A stretch of DNA of 64,000 bases. It comes from a bacterium. GTDB taxonomy: Bacteria; Zhuqueibacterota; Zhuqueibacteria; Residuimicrobiales; Krinioviventaceae. The notes under the pieces are model-generated. The model did no database searches and had not been told where the DNA came from. It saw only the letters and a list, made by a program, of their open reading frames with translations. The stretch spans positions 2,144,001 through 2,208,000 of the forward strand of contig CAXXMD010000003.1 in NCBI GenBank assembly GCA_963675755.2, written 5' to 3'. Shown here in pieces: positions 15,537-25,268 of this stretch (positions within the stretch are counted from its first letter, which is position 1; the number at the start of each line of letters is the position of its first letter). The position numbers were made by a program, and so were the translations under genes.

Positions 15537-16560
15537 TGAAAACGAACTGGATTTCAGACGTTTTGTCAAATATGGTATCTGGGTCGTTATTTTGGGTATG
15601 GCCGGGAACATAATTTTTTCCCTTTTAACAACAGACCGGGGTATTTTTCAGGTTTTATTCAAGTTCAGACCCCGGTATTTTTTGTTGGCTATAACACTGG
15701 CATTTGTTCCCTGGCTTACCAACACATTGCGATTAATGATCTGGACACGATTTTTAGATAAAAAGATTCCTTTTAGTGAACTTTTCAAGATTATACTGAG
15801 TCAGGATTTGGGTTCTGCAATTAGTCCAACTGCTATTGGCGGGGGTTACGTTAAAGCAGGTATGCTCATTAACAAAGGAATGACGGCGGGCGCTGCTGCT
15901 TCGTTGATGTCATTGGGAACTGTAGAAGACGGATTGTTTTTTCTTTTTGCGGTGCCAACTGCTTTTATTGTTTCTTCCTGCTGGGAGTTACCGGTAATAC
16001 GAGATATAATTCACCATCTGAGCTTTGCCAGGAATTACCTGATTGCTATTGCAATCATGCTGGCAGTATTGATCGTGCTGATAGTATTATTAAGAAATAA
16101 ACAATTGGTTGCAAGGTCCCGGTTGTTAACTGTTATTCAAAAAAAAGCTTCCAAAGTTTGGCAGGATTTTAAACTTGTATATATCCTGATTGTAAAACGC
16201 GGTAAAACACGTTTTTTTGCATCCATAACACTCTCTGCTTTACAATGGATTTGCAGGTATTCGGTGGTTACTGCACTACTGGCATCTCTGAATGTTCCTG
16301 TTGATCCTGTTTTATTTTTTCTGTTTCAATGGATGACGTTTACAATCATGACACTGATTCCCACTCCGGGAGCAGCTGCCGGAGCAGAAGCTTCCTTTTA
16401 TTTCATGTATGCAGCATTTATCCCCAAAGAGTTTTTGGGAGTAATGACCCTGGGGTGGCGTTTTTTGACATTTTATATGCAGGTGAGTATCAGTATTTTA
16501 TTTATTATGCTTTTTTATCTTGGCGGATTTGCCAAGAAAAGTGCAAACGCTTCTTTATGA
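15511..16560 (+). CDS. Lysylphosphatidylglycerol-synthase-like TM protein (UPF0104, putative lipid flippase)
   Basis: ISPTAIGG, IPTPGAAAGAE and WRFLTFY motifs; about 8 TM helices. Confidence 0.82.
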   Translation: MKFPSIKINENELDFRRFVKYGIWVVILGMAGNIIFSLLTTDRGIFQVLFKFRPRYFLLAITLAFVPWLTNTLRLMIWTRFLDKKIPFSELFKIILSQDLGSAISPTAIGGGYVKAGMLINKGMTAGAAASLMSLGTVEDGLFFLFAVPTAFIVSSCWELPVIRDIIHHLSFARNYLIAIAIMLAVLIVLIVLLRNKQLVARSRLLTVIQKKASKVWQDFKLVYILIVKRGKTRFFASITLSALQWICRYSVVTALLASLNVPVDPVLFFLFQWMTFTIMTLIPTPGAAAGAEASFYFMYAAFIPKEFLGVMTLGWRFLTFYMQVSISILFIMLFYLGGFAKKSANASL

Positions 16561-17382
16561 ATCTTGCCAGATGGGGAAAAAGCCTGTCTGTTCCACTATT
16601 GCCTGGCCTTTAGGGCCCAGTACCCAATCGATAAATCGTTTTACATGTCCTTGTGGTGTGTTTGGTGTATAGAGATAGAGATACCGGATGATGGGGTAAG
16701 AGTCATTTTGTATGTTTTCCGGTATGGGTTCAATATTATTGATCTTGCTGAATTTGATACCCGGATGTTGGATGATACCGCCATAACCAATAGCATTAAC
16801 GTCTTCTGCAACTTGAGTAACCATATCTGCAGCAGATGCAACTGACATTTTATGATCGGCATGAAAGGCCTCGCCATCGAGGACGTGTTCTCTGAGATAG
16901 AGGTGTGTGCCGGAATTGGGCAGACGATCATAGAGCTCAATAACAGCATTGTTGCCGCCTACCTGGCCCCAGTTTGTTATTTCACCCAGATATATTTTTT
17001 CGACTTGCTCAAGGGTTAGTGAATTCACAGGATTAGCAGGATGCAGGTAAATACAAAGCGCGTCTTTGGCAACCCGATGAGAAACACCCAGCGAGCCGGT
17101 AAAGTCCACTAGTATCTGTGCTTCTTCGGGTCTGAGCGGTCTGGAAGCTGTACAGATATCTACACTGCCATTTGCCAGAGCTCTGGCACCGGATCCGGTA
17201 CCACCGCCTTCATAATATACGGATGTTTGCGGGTGGGTTTTCATATATGATTCAGCCCAATGACGTGAAAGGGTGTACATGGTATCTGAGCCTTTGAGCC
17301 GGATTGTCTTGCTGTCATTTTGATTGGTGTAATAACAGCTGGTAAAGAGTAACAATATGATCGCAAACAGGATTTTTTTCAT
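16555..17382 (-). CDS. pstS: Phosphate-binding periplasmic lipoprotein (PstS family)
   Basis: Lipobox LFTSC; KGSDT, GGGTGSG, ASR, RLPNSGT and YPIIRYLY motifs. ATG 17382 overlaps the upstream stop (ATGA). Confidence 0.85.
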   Translation of the reverse strand: MKKILFAIILLLFTSCYYTNQNDSKTIRLKGSDTMYTLSRHWAESYMKTHPQTSVYYEGGGTGSGARALANGSVDICTASRPLRPEEAQILVDFTGSLGVSHRVAKDALCIYLHPANPVNSLTLEQVEKIYLGEITNWGQVGGNNAVIELYDRLPNSGTHLYLREHVLDGEAFHADHKMSVASAADMVTQVAEDVNAIGYGGIIQHPGIKFSKINNIEPIPENIQNDSYPIIRYLYLYTPNTPQGHVKRFIDWVLGPKGQAIVEQTGFFPIWQDS

Positions 17383-19025
17383 CTTTTTTCCGCTATGGTT
17401 TGTAATCTTGCATTGATATATGGTGTGCCGGGATTCCATTGTGGTTCTGATTTTCGATTGGCAATGTTAAAAATAAAATGTGTTAATACCCGGCAATGTT
17501 GCTGCGTTGCTTTATAGTTGATGGTTTGGTCTTTATCATCAAAGGGAGTGTGATATATGTAGTCAATCCAATTCATGTGCATTTGAAGACCTTGAACCGG
17601 AGTCAGGTTCTTGTATTGTAATCCATCCATAATCAGAATCGAAGGGATGCCGGCTTTGGCAAAAGATATCTGATCGGAACGGGCAAAAGATTCGGAAACC
17701 ATAAACTGTTGAGGTACAGGACTGGTTTCAAGTCCCAATTGATTTGCCGTTTCTTCTAGAGTCTCATCCAGGTCAGACAGTTCGTGACCTACACCCACAA
17801 TATCGTTGAATTCATCAAACATGGCCAGGCCATCCACATTCAGGTTGGCAATGGTTCTATAAAGCGGGACAGCCGGATGATCAATGTAATAGGTCGAGCC
17901 AAGCAATCCTTTTTCTTCACCCGTGACCATTAAAAAGATGATTGAGCGTTTCAGCATTTTCCGATTTCCAGACAGTACACGCGCCATTTCAAGAGCACCG
18001 GCACAACCCAAAGCGTTATCACCAAAACCGTTATAGATGGAATCCGCAAGCATGGGCTTGCCTATGCCTAAATGATCATAATGTGCGGTTATGATGATAT
18101 ATTCATGTTTGAGTTTAGAGTCGCTGCCGGACAACATGGCAATGACATTGGGAGAAATAAAGTCCCGTTGTTTGAACTGGCCTTTGAAGGAGAGTGAGGT
18201 TTCAAGATCAAAGCTTTTCAGTGTATTGTTTTTGTCCATGGTATAGACATCTTGCAGTGAGTTTTGCGCGTTTTTAAACAAGTGGTCCGCACTTTTAGGG
18301 TTCAAAATGAGACTGAGATGTGCGGTCACAGAATAGCCCAGTGTGATTTCGGTAAATGCGTAATTTTGTACATAATGTTCCCAGGTACGGAATCGGGGGG
18401 TGTGCGGATTGAGCAACAATATGCTTCCCCGGGCCCCTCGTGAGATTGCCATGCGCTCTTTGGATTCCGGGTACGCATAGATGGTTTGTTCGGACCCGTT
18501 AAAGTAGGATTTGTCTGTAGATTCCGGTTCTCCATCCAGGTATACCACAATTTTGTTGCTTACATCAACGGATTGATAATCGTTATAGTCGTATTCGGGT
18601 GCAAAAATGCCATAACCCACAAAAACCAACTCGATGGGTTTCGGCACCAGGGTTTGAGCACCGGATTTAAACAGCAGGTAATCTTTTTCCAATTCAAGAT
18701 TCAAGGTGTCTGTATTATTATATAGCAGGGCCTGACATCCGGGAAGCGCTTCACTGCTGTGCATGGGTATGTTTTGAAAGTAATTTCCGTTATCACCCAG
18801 CGGGAACAGGTTTAATCGTTCAAATTCCATGGCAAGATATTCCGCTGCCAGCTTTTCTCCGTACGAACCCGTACCTCTTCCGCGGAGCTCATCATCTGCT
18901 AGATATTCCGCGTGATTTCGCAACGCTTCAATATTGATTTGAATCTCACGGTTTTCCTGGCCAGCGGCTGCCAGGACGTAATATAACCCTATCAGCAATA
19001 AATATTTGATTTTAAATAAAGACAT
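17379..19025 (-). CDS. M28-family metallopeptidase with PA domain
   Basis: Signal peptide; AHYDHLG, DNALG, GEEKGLLGS, RSDQ and YHTPFD motifs; PA insert VFVGYGI...DY..VDV. Confidence 0.9.
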   Translation of the reverse strand: MSLFKIKYLLLIGLYYVLAAAGQENREIQINIEALRNHAEYLADDELRGRGTGSYGEKLAAEYLAMEFERLNLFPLGDNGNYFQNIPMHSSEALPGCQALLYNNTDTLNLELEKDYLLFKSGAQTLVPKPIELVFVGYGIFAPEYDYNDYQSVDVSNKIVVYLDGEPESTDKSYFNGSEQTIYAYPESKERMAISRGARGSILLLNPHTPRFRTWEHYVQNYAFTEITLGYSVTAHLSLILNPKSADHLFKNAQNSLQDVYTMDKNNTLKSFDLETSLSFKGQFKQRDFISPNVIAMLSGSDSKLKHEYIIITAHYDHLGIGKPMLADSIYNGFGDNALGCAGALEMARVLSGNRKMLKRSIIFLMVTGEEKGLLGSTYYIDHPAVPLYRTIANLNVDGLAMFDEFNDIVGVGHELSDLDETLEETANQLGLETSPVPQQFMVSESFARSDQISFAKAGIPSILIMDGLQYKNLTPVQGLQMHMNWIDYIYHTPFDDKDQTINYKATQQHCRVLTHFIFNIANRKSEPQWNPGTPYINARLQTIAEKR

Positions 19026-19034
19026 GCAAGATCG

Positions 19035-19835
19035 TTATTTATTGTAACTCATAATTTTGTATTGTCTTTTCGCAAATGTCAGTGTTCCGCTTCTTTTCCC
19101 CAGGCGGGTTATGGTTTTTGTTGGATCCAGAAGCAATGTTTTTATAGAGCCTTCCGGATTTTGGGAGTCAAACTCGCCCTGTACCAGGGAAACATAAGAG
19201 CCCACCAGCGATTCTTCACCGCTAAAAGGTAAGGGGTCAGAACCCACAACCATCCTGAAATTTTTGCGAAACGCCTGTTTTACAAGTGCGGGAGTCGGCC
19301 AGATGGTGGGCCGCATAGTAGTCTCACTAATCAATAATTTTTCAGGATTGTTTGTTTCGATGATTTTTGAAACAATTTTCCCTCTTTTGGTAAACCATTT
19401 TCCCGGTGCCCAGTTTAGAGCCGCTACGGCGTCGTTATCCTGAACTTTATTAATGGTGTCTTGAGTGTTCAATTCACGATCAGCCATGTTGAAATCTGTT
19501 GCCAGGGCGCATATTTCGAGCTTGTCGCTGCTGACGATCTGTCTGCCTGCCAGAACATAAAGCAGATTGTTTTGTGTCTGCTTGTCACGGATGACCAATG
19601 AGGCGGGCCCTGATTTCTCTATAGTATATTTATCAGAATCTAATGCCAATAACTGGTTAAAACCGTTATAGATAGTACCTTCGGTTAGCAGCCACATTTT
19701 AACCGTGTCTGTTGTTAATTTATTTTTGCCGATAATGCGATCCATGTGATTCAAGCTGGCACTTATGGCTGTATCAATATTATAATCGGGATAAATGTGT
19801 ACATGTGCGTCAAATAGAATTGAGGTGGCGCTCAT
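19035..19835 (-). CDS. Hypothetical protein with a PHP/amidohydrolase-like metal site
   Basis: N-terminal DAHVH and C-terminal GSD motifs; GGAG RBS. Confidence 0.6.
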   Translation of the reverse strand: MSATSILFDAHVHIYPDYNIDTAISASLNHMDRIIGKNKLTTDTVKMWLLTEGTIYNGFNQLLALDSDKYTIEKSGPASLVIRDKQTQNNLLYVLAGRQIVSSDKLEICALATDFNMADRELNTQDTINKVQDNDAVAALNWAPGKWFTKRGKIVSKIIETNNPEKLLISETTMRPTIWPTPALVKQAFRKNFRMVVGSDPLPFSGEESLVGSYVSLVQGEFDSQNPEGSIKTLLLDPTKTITRLGKRSGTLTFAKRQYKIMSYNK

Positions 19836-20021
19836 TTTTCCTCCATAACAGGTTGTATTTTTGTTAAATATGGGGATTCAAGGGGATTAATGCAATTTCT
19901 TTTTAATGAAACCTGAATTTTTATTTAAAAAATGAATATTATACTTGATTATTAGGGCAAGAAGTAATATTTTGTATGTATATTACATAATATATTAAAA
20001 AGTAACAATTTAATATGATAT

Positions 20022-20798
20022 TTGGAGAAGTCTGGTTTGCCAAAACTCATCCCCGTAGGAGTATCCAACCGACATATGCACCTGACCCGCGAAGCGATGG
20101 ATATTCTGTTTGGTCCCGGAAGTGAACTTTCAGTATATAAAGAATTATATCAAAAAGGCGAGTTCGCCTCAGAACAGATCGTAGAATGTATTGGTCCCAA
20201 AGGCAAGTTTCAGCATTTACGGGTATTGGGACCCTTGCGTAAAACGCTGCAAATTGAAGTCTCAGGCACTGATGCCTACCACCTTGGAATTACACCCCCT
20301 ATCGGCAAATTTACCAATTTACCTGATGGTCAATACGTAACTTTGAAAGGTCCTGCCGGATCTATGAAAGTTACCGAGAATGTCATGATTTCGCGACGTC
20401 ATATTCATATTAATGCTGATGACGCTAAAGAAATGGGAGTAAAGCAGGGTGATATCGTATTTGTAGCACCAGCTCAGGAACGCGGAGACAAGGCAGAATC
20501 CCGATTCTGCATTATGGGCAATGTACTTGTACGGGTGGCTGATAATTTTCTTACTCAACTGCATATAGATATGGATGAAGGTAATGCAGTAGGTTTGAAA
20601 AATGGCGATAATGTATTTATCGTTCAGAGCAGCATGGGTTATTATGAGGATGAAAAAGCACCTGACAAGAAATTGATAACCGAAAGTGATGTGCGGCAGG
20701 CCAAGCTAAAGGGACTCAAGATCAGACTCCAAAAAGGTATGATTGTTACTCCCGCAGCCAAGGACCTGGGTAAGGCATATAATATATTTGTTGAATAA
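20022..20798 (+). CDS. pduL: Phosphate propanoyltransferase (PduL) with a C-terminal extension
   Basis: PVGVSNRHMHL, RVLGPLR, RRHIH and LHIDMDEGNA motifs; TTG start. Confidence 0.88.
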   Translation: MEKSGLPKLIPVGVSNRHMHLTREAMDILFGPGSELSVYKELYQKGEFASEQIVECIGPKGKFQHLRVLGPLRKTLQIEVSGTDAYHLGITPPIGKFTNLPDGQYVTLKGPAGSMKVTENVMISRRHIHINADDAKEMGVKQGDIVFVAPAQERGDKAESRFCIMGNVLVRVADNFLTQLHIDMDEGNAVGLKNGDNVFIVQSSMGYYEDEKAPDKKLITESDVRQAKLKGLKIRLQKGMIVTPAAKDLGKAYNIFVE

Positions 20799-20801
20799 TT
20801 A

Positions 20802-21305
20802 ATGAGTACTTTATATTACACCACAATTCCCTGGCAATTGTCTGATTTGTTGCTGCTTTTCTCTGACAAGGGCCCCCGATCTATTTCTTTTCTCAATGGC
20901 AAGCACATTGACGATGTGTTGGGCCGATTGAGCTCTCAATACTCTCTTGAACCTATTCAGAATCAATTTTCCCTCTTGATAGAAAAAATTACTGCATATT
21001 TAAACGGTGCTAAAGTAGAATTTGATGAAACCACTGATCCGGATACCGGTACACCGTTTCAAAATCAGGTATGGAATTCCGTAAAACGTATCCCCTATGG
21101 TGAAACGCGGACTTATGGTGAAATTGCCAAAGAACTTGGCAAGCCGGGCGCCTCCCGTGCTGTTGGCACGGCTAATGGCGCTAATCCGCTGCCCATCATT
21201 GTACCCTGTCACAGGGTTATTCAATCGGATGGCAAGCTTGGCGGATACGCAGGCGGAGTTGCTATAAAAGACGCATTATTGCGTTTGGAACATTCGGTTC
21301 TTTGA
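20802..21305 (+). CDS. ogt: Methylated-DNA-protein-cysteine methyltransferase
   Basis: GTPFQ, IPYGETRTY, SRAVG and active-site PCHRV. Confidence 0.95.
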   Translation: MSTLYYTTIPWQLSDLLLLFSDKGPRSISFLNGKHIDDVLGRLSSQYSLEPIQNQFSLLIEKITAYLNGAKVEFDETTDPDTGTPFQNQVWNSVKRIPYGETRTYGEIAKELGKPGASRAVGTANGANPLPIIVPCHRVIQSDGKLGGYAGGVAIKDALLRLEHSVL

Positions 21306-21306
21306 A

Positions 21307-22059
21307 ATGCAAGCCTTGTTTCGTACTCTTGCTTTTCCTGTAAATCATGTGATAGTTAATAAGAAAGAAACAAATTTTTCGTTTCCCCCTGAACTGTCTG
21401 CCAAGGCTCAACTGTTTTGGCAGGAATTTGCTAAACCGGGAATGTATAACGGAAAGCTGGCAAGGTTAAACGCCTGGATGATTAAGTCGGACACACTCGA
21501 ATTAGAGTTGGGTTTGACCGATTATTGCACCCAGGTGTATTGTAATCATCATTTGGAAACTGTCCTGCAAAACTGGGGAGAAAACAGTTTGTCGTATGCA
21601 CTGGGAATCAGTGCGGTTGTAGAAACACAGGACAATGACATACTTTTGATGAAACGCAGCCGGGATTTAGGAGAATTTCCCGGATATGTTGATGTTTTTG
21701 GTGGTCATATAGAGATTGCCGCAGATAAAAGTATGCTGCCCTCAATTGATGAAGCAATGCTGACCGAGCTGAACGAGGAATTGGGAATAGAAAAGCAACT
21801 CATGCGAATTGAACCTCTGGGTCTGGTAGAAAGTCTGCCAAACCGGAAGCCAGAGCTTGTATTTTTCTGTCAATTGAATGTTTCCACAAAACAGGTGATG
21901 GATTGTGTGCAACATGCTCAAGATCGGTATGAATATACACACATCCTGGCTGTTAAAGGTCCCGAAGCATTAAAAAAACACCGGGACCATCCTGATACTA
22001 GCCCTTCGGCTGTTGGGAGTTTGTCAATATTTCTTGAAAAGAAAAGACAAGAGGGATGA
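21307..22059 (+). CDS. Nudix hydrolase (NUDT22-like)
   Basis: YNGKLARL, LGISAVVET, GGHIE and ELNEELG Nudix-like box. Confidence 0.75.
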   Translation: MQALFRTLAFPVNHVIVNKKETNFSFPPELSAKAQLFWQEFAKPGMYNGKLARLNAWMIKSDTLELELGLTDYCTQVYCNHHLETVLQNWGENSLSYALGISAVVETQDNDILLMKRSRDLGEFPGYVDVFGGHIEIAADKSMLPSIDEAMLTELNEELGIEKQLMRIEPLGLVESLPNRKPELVFFCQLNVSTKQVMDCVQHAQDRYEYTHILAVKGPEALKKHRDHPDTSPSAVGSLSIFLEKKRQEG

Positions 22060-22509
22060 ATGTTGGAAAAAGAAGACGTATTGCTGGTCAGTGAAGAAGA
22101 AAAAGAAGTAGGGGAAGAAAAAGATTTTAAAATGCCGGTGATGAACCGTGTTGTAATAGCGGGCAAATTGATCCATGATCCACCGGTACGCTGGACAAAA
22201 CGAGGCGTTCCCGTCACAAATTTTATTATCGCAACCAAACCGGAAAGCAGCGGTAATGAGCTTGAAGGAATGGAACGGGAAAGTTGTTTGGTGAGTGTGG
22301 TTGTGTGGTCAAAACAGGCATTACAGTGTAACAAGTATTTGAAAAAAGGCAGTTCCGTTCTGATTTTGGGCGAATTGCAATCCATGCCCAACAGTGATCA
22401 CAAAAACGGATTTAACCCGGTACAGCTGTCCGCACAGTGGATCCAATATCTGGAAAAGGATGCTATCCATACCATTCAGCAAGCAGATGACACCGAGTTT
22501 GTTCAATAA
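22060..22509 (+). CDS. ssb: Single-stranded DNA-binding protein, divergent paralogue
   Basis: MNRVVIAGKLIHDP, VVVWSKQA and YLKKGSSVLILGEL OB-fold pattern. Confidence 0.78.
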   Translation: MLEKEDVLLVSEEEKEVGEEKDFKMPVMNRVVIAGKLIHDPPVRWTKRGVPVTNFIIATKPESSGNELEGMERESCLVSVVVWSKQALQCNKYLKKGSSVLILGELQSMPNSDHKNGFNPVQLSAQWIQYLEKDAIHTIQQADDTEFVQ

Positions 22510-22517
22510 TTTTTCTG

Positions 22518-25268
22518 TTAATATCCTAACATACTTGAAGCCCCACCGCGTTTTTCAATTTTAAGGTCCTGGAGAACGCGGGCTTTGATGTTAATAATCA
22601 CATATATCCTTTTAGCAGATCCGGAGGGTACCCAGTCTACTCTGCCTTCCCAGCAGTGCAGGTCTCTGTGGAATGTAAAGCTGTGCGATGCTATCTGTTT
22701 CTTTTCCAAATCATATTGGGCTGTGTAACCAATTCTCCAGTTACGTGTCAGGTTTATTTCCGCACCTCTAATACCCATATAATATCTTTTAGTTGGATTC
22801 AAGGGATTGCTTTTGTTGTTACTGAATGAAAAGTTGAGTGATGCCTGCCAGGGAATACTTAGCGAATTCATGGCCATTTCGTTTTCAAAACGGTTCCCGC
22901 GTCTTAGCAGATCTTCTTCAAGCACGCTGAGGTTTTCTTCTTCCAAAAGCGGGTCTGGTTCTTCTTCATTCAGTGTGTTCTCAAAAGGTCTTTCTTCATC
23001 ATCTTTGCCGCCTTTGTCTTTTTTACCCTGTAACCGCAGAGAAAAATTAAGACGCAGGTTGGTCATGCGCATAAAATCACCGCTTTTCCAGCCACCATCT
23101 TCGAATAAATAATTGTTGCTCTTGTATCCATAAGTGGGGCTGCTTGTGGTTGGCTCGCTAATCCATTTGTAAAAACTGTGCGAAGTGCTGGCACTGAGAC
23201 TGAAATTTTTCATGGGATTGGCGTTCCACGAGGTACTGAGGTCAGAGAGTTTGTTCTTTTCCGCTTCAAAGTTGTATCCGCTGCTGAAATTCATGGTAAA
23301 CAGGTCAAATTTCTTTTCCTTTTCACCTTCACCGCGCTTCATCTGAAACAAGTTCTGAACACTGAGGCTTACACTTTTTCTTCCAGTTGAGGGTGTACCA
23401 CTAAACTTGTCGCGTTTTTCTACACCGTCATCGGTTTCAATTTCTTCATAATATCCCCATTGAGGATCAGAAAAGTCAGGTTGATAGGTAAACGAAATAG
23501 ATGGCGTTACAACGTGACGAATAGCCTGCAGGTCACCAATAGGGGGAGCAAACATACCATATAATTTGGTATTGGCAGAAGCACGATAATCAAAGGTATG
23601 ACGGGCTGCAAATCCGTGCGTGGTATCGGGATCGATGGATTCGCTCTCGACATCCCAGGAATATGTTTTTTCCTGATCAAACCAGTCTTCACTTACATTT
23701 AAATTTTGGTTTAATGACAACCAACCAAAGAATTTTTTTGGACTGTTGAGTGAAAAGTTGAAATCGTGAGACATGTTTCGGGTTTCGTCCACTTCTTTTG
23801 TAGTATCGTCAGTTGTATAAGACAGGTATTCACGACTTTTATTGATCAGGTTAGAGTTGTAAGAAAAATAAAGCGATTCATACCAGTGCGAGTCCCTGCG
23901 GCTTGATCCACCAGAGCTGCGGGATGATTTCTTTTTGGGTTTGAATATTTGAGTTTGTCCCTTGCGGAATGAAACCTGCGGTAATGTTTCCTGTACCACA
24001 TCATCCTGCAGGTCATGCACGCGCGACATGTTGACGCTAAGGCTCAACTTTTGTTTCGACCAGCTTTTGGTATAGGTTGCGTTTGAACGCATTTCGCGCG
24101 TTAAACGGGTAGAGAGGTTGGTACTGTAATCTTTGTAATAGTCTTTGTCACTGACAAAGTAACCGGATACCGAGAACCGGGAAGAGGGACTGATATCCTG
24201 CTTGTGGCTGACTCGCATATCCCAGCGCCGGGTTTTGGTGCCGTTGACCTCTTTGTGCGTATACGATCCGCTCATGCTTCCATTAAGCAGATAGCGCACA
24301 TTGTAATTTGAACTTCCCCGGAATAAAAAGCCGGCTTTTTCAAAATAGTCGACTCCCAGTTTAGCATCAAAGTAATCGCTTGGTGCCCAATAGTAACCCA
24401 GGTTTCGCAAAGAGCGGCCTTCGGTGCTGCTTTCACTGTAGGTTGGGGTGAGAATACCTGACTGGCGACCCGACTTTATGGGGAATACCGCAAAAGGCAG
24501 TGCCAGTATGGGGATGTGCCCCATATACATAACCACAGGCTTTGCAATCACCTTGTCTTTCATGACCATCTTAAGCTTTTGCGACTCAAAATGAAAATGC
24601 GGATTGGTATCCAGTTCGCAGGTAGTGTATGACGAGTTTGAGATGTGAAAAACATCGCTGTTTACCCGTTTGATCTGCTGACCCAGGTATTTGCCGCCCT
24701 CCAGTTCAGTACGACCTCTGACCACCAGACCTTTTTCGGTTTTATAATTGTACACCATCTTGTCGCCAACGTAGGGAGAGCCGCCCTCGTTCAACTCGGG
24801 CTTGCCGATATATTCTACATGTATTACCGAATCGCTATGGGTGCTGTCCGTATAAACCCATTGTGTATCAGCAACAGACTCGGCGGTCATTAAATAGTTT
24901 TTCCAGTCGAGGGTTATTTTTTCGGCTTTTAGGGTCATTCCGCCATATTTAATAATCGCATCGCCGGTGAGTTCTGTTGTCCTGGAATCTACATCAGTAT
25001 AGATCGAGCGCGCATCGTAATAGATGGTTGTATCCAGATCAGATTTTTGTGTTTTAGCGAGCGAGTCGACAGCCATGGTATCTGCTATGACAGAATCCGG
25101 TAATGCCAGCATGCTGGTATCCGGTATTTCTGCGGCCAGGGTGTCTGGCAGGACCAGGTCCGGCATTTTGGGAAAGGTATCTCCGCCGGTGGATTCGAAC
25201 GGATTTTGCGCAAAAAGGCCAGCCGCACCACACGCTATGATTAAATATGTATATACTCTTTTTAACAT
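22518..25268 (-). CDS. lptD: LPS-assembly outer-membrane protein (FCB-type LptD)
   Basis: Signal peptide, YTTC..PHF motif, GYYWAPSDY, and C-terminal RDLHCWE. ATG 25268 overlaps the rarA stop (TGATG). Confidence 0.85.
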   Translation of the reverse strand: MLKRVYTYLIIACGAAGLFAQNPFESTGGDTFPKMPDLVLPDTLAAEIPDTSMLALPDSVIADTMAVDSLAKTQKSDLDTTIYYDARSIYTDVDSRTTELTGDAIIKYGGMTLKAEKITLDWKNYLMTAESVADTQWVYTDSTHSDSVIHVEYIGKPELNEGGSPYVGDKMVYNYKTEKGLVVRGRTELEGGKYLGQQIKRVNSDVFHISNSSYTTCELDTNPHFHFESQKLKMVMKDKVIAKPVVMYMGHIPILALPFAVFPIKSGRQSGILTPTYSESSTEGRSLRNLGYYWAPSDYFDAKLGVDYFEKAGFLFRGSSNYNVRYLLNGSMSGSYTHKEVNGTKTRRWDMRVSHKQDISPSSRFSVSGYFVSDKDYYKDYSTNLSTRLTREMRSNATYTKSWSKQKLSLSVNMSRVHDLQDDVVQETLPQVSFRKGQTQIFKPKKKSSRSSGGSSRRDSHWYESLYFSYNSNLINKSREYLSYTTDDTTKEVDETRNMSHDFNFSLNSPKKFFGWLSLNQNLNVSEDWFDQEKTYSWDVESESIDPDTTHGFAARHTFDYRASANTKLYGMFAPPIGDLQAIRHVVTPSISFTYQPDFSDPQWGYYEEIETDDGVEKRDKFSGTPSTGRKSVSLSVQNLFQMKRGEGEKEKKFDLFTMNFSSGYNFEAEKNKLSDLSTSWNANPMKNFSLSASTSHSFYKWISEPTTSSPTYGYKSNNYLFEDGGWKSGDFMRMTNLRLNFSLRLQGKKDKGGKDDEERPFENTLNEEEPDPLLEEENLSVLEEDLLRRGNRFENEMAMNSLSIPWQASLNFSFSNNKSNPLNPTKRYYMGIRGAEINLTRNWRIGYTAQYDLEKKQIASHSFTFHRDLHCWEGRVDWVPSGSAKRIYVIINIKARVLQDLKIEKRGGASSMLGY

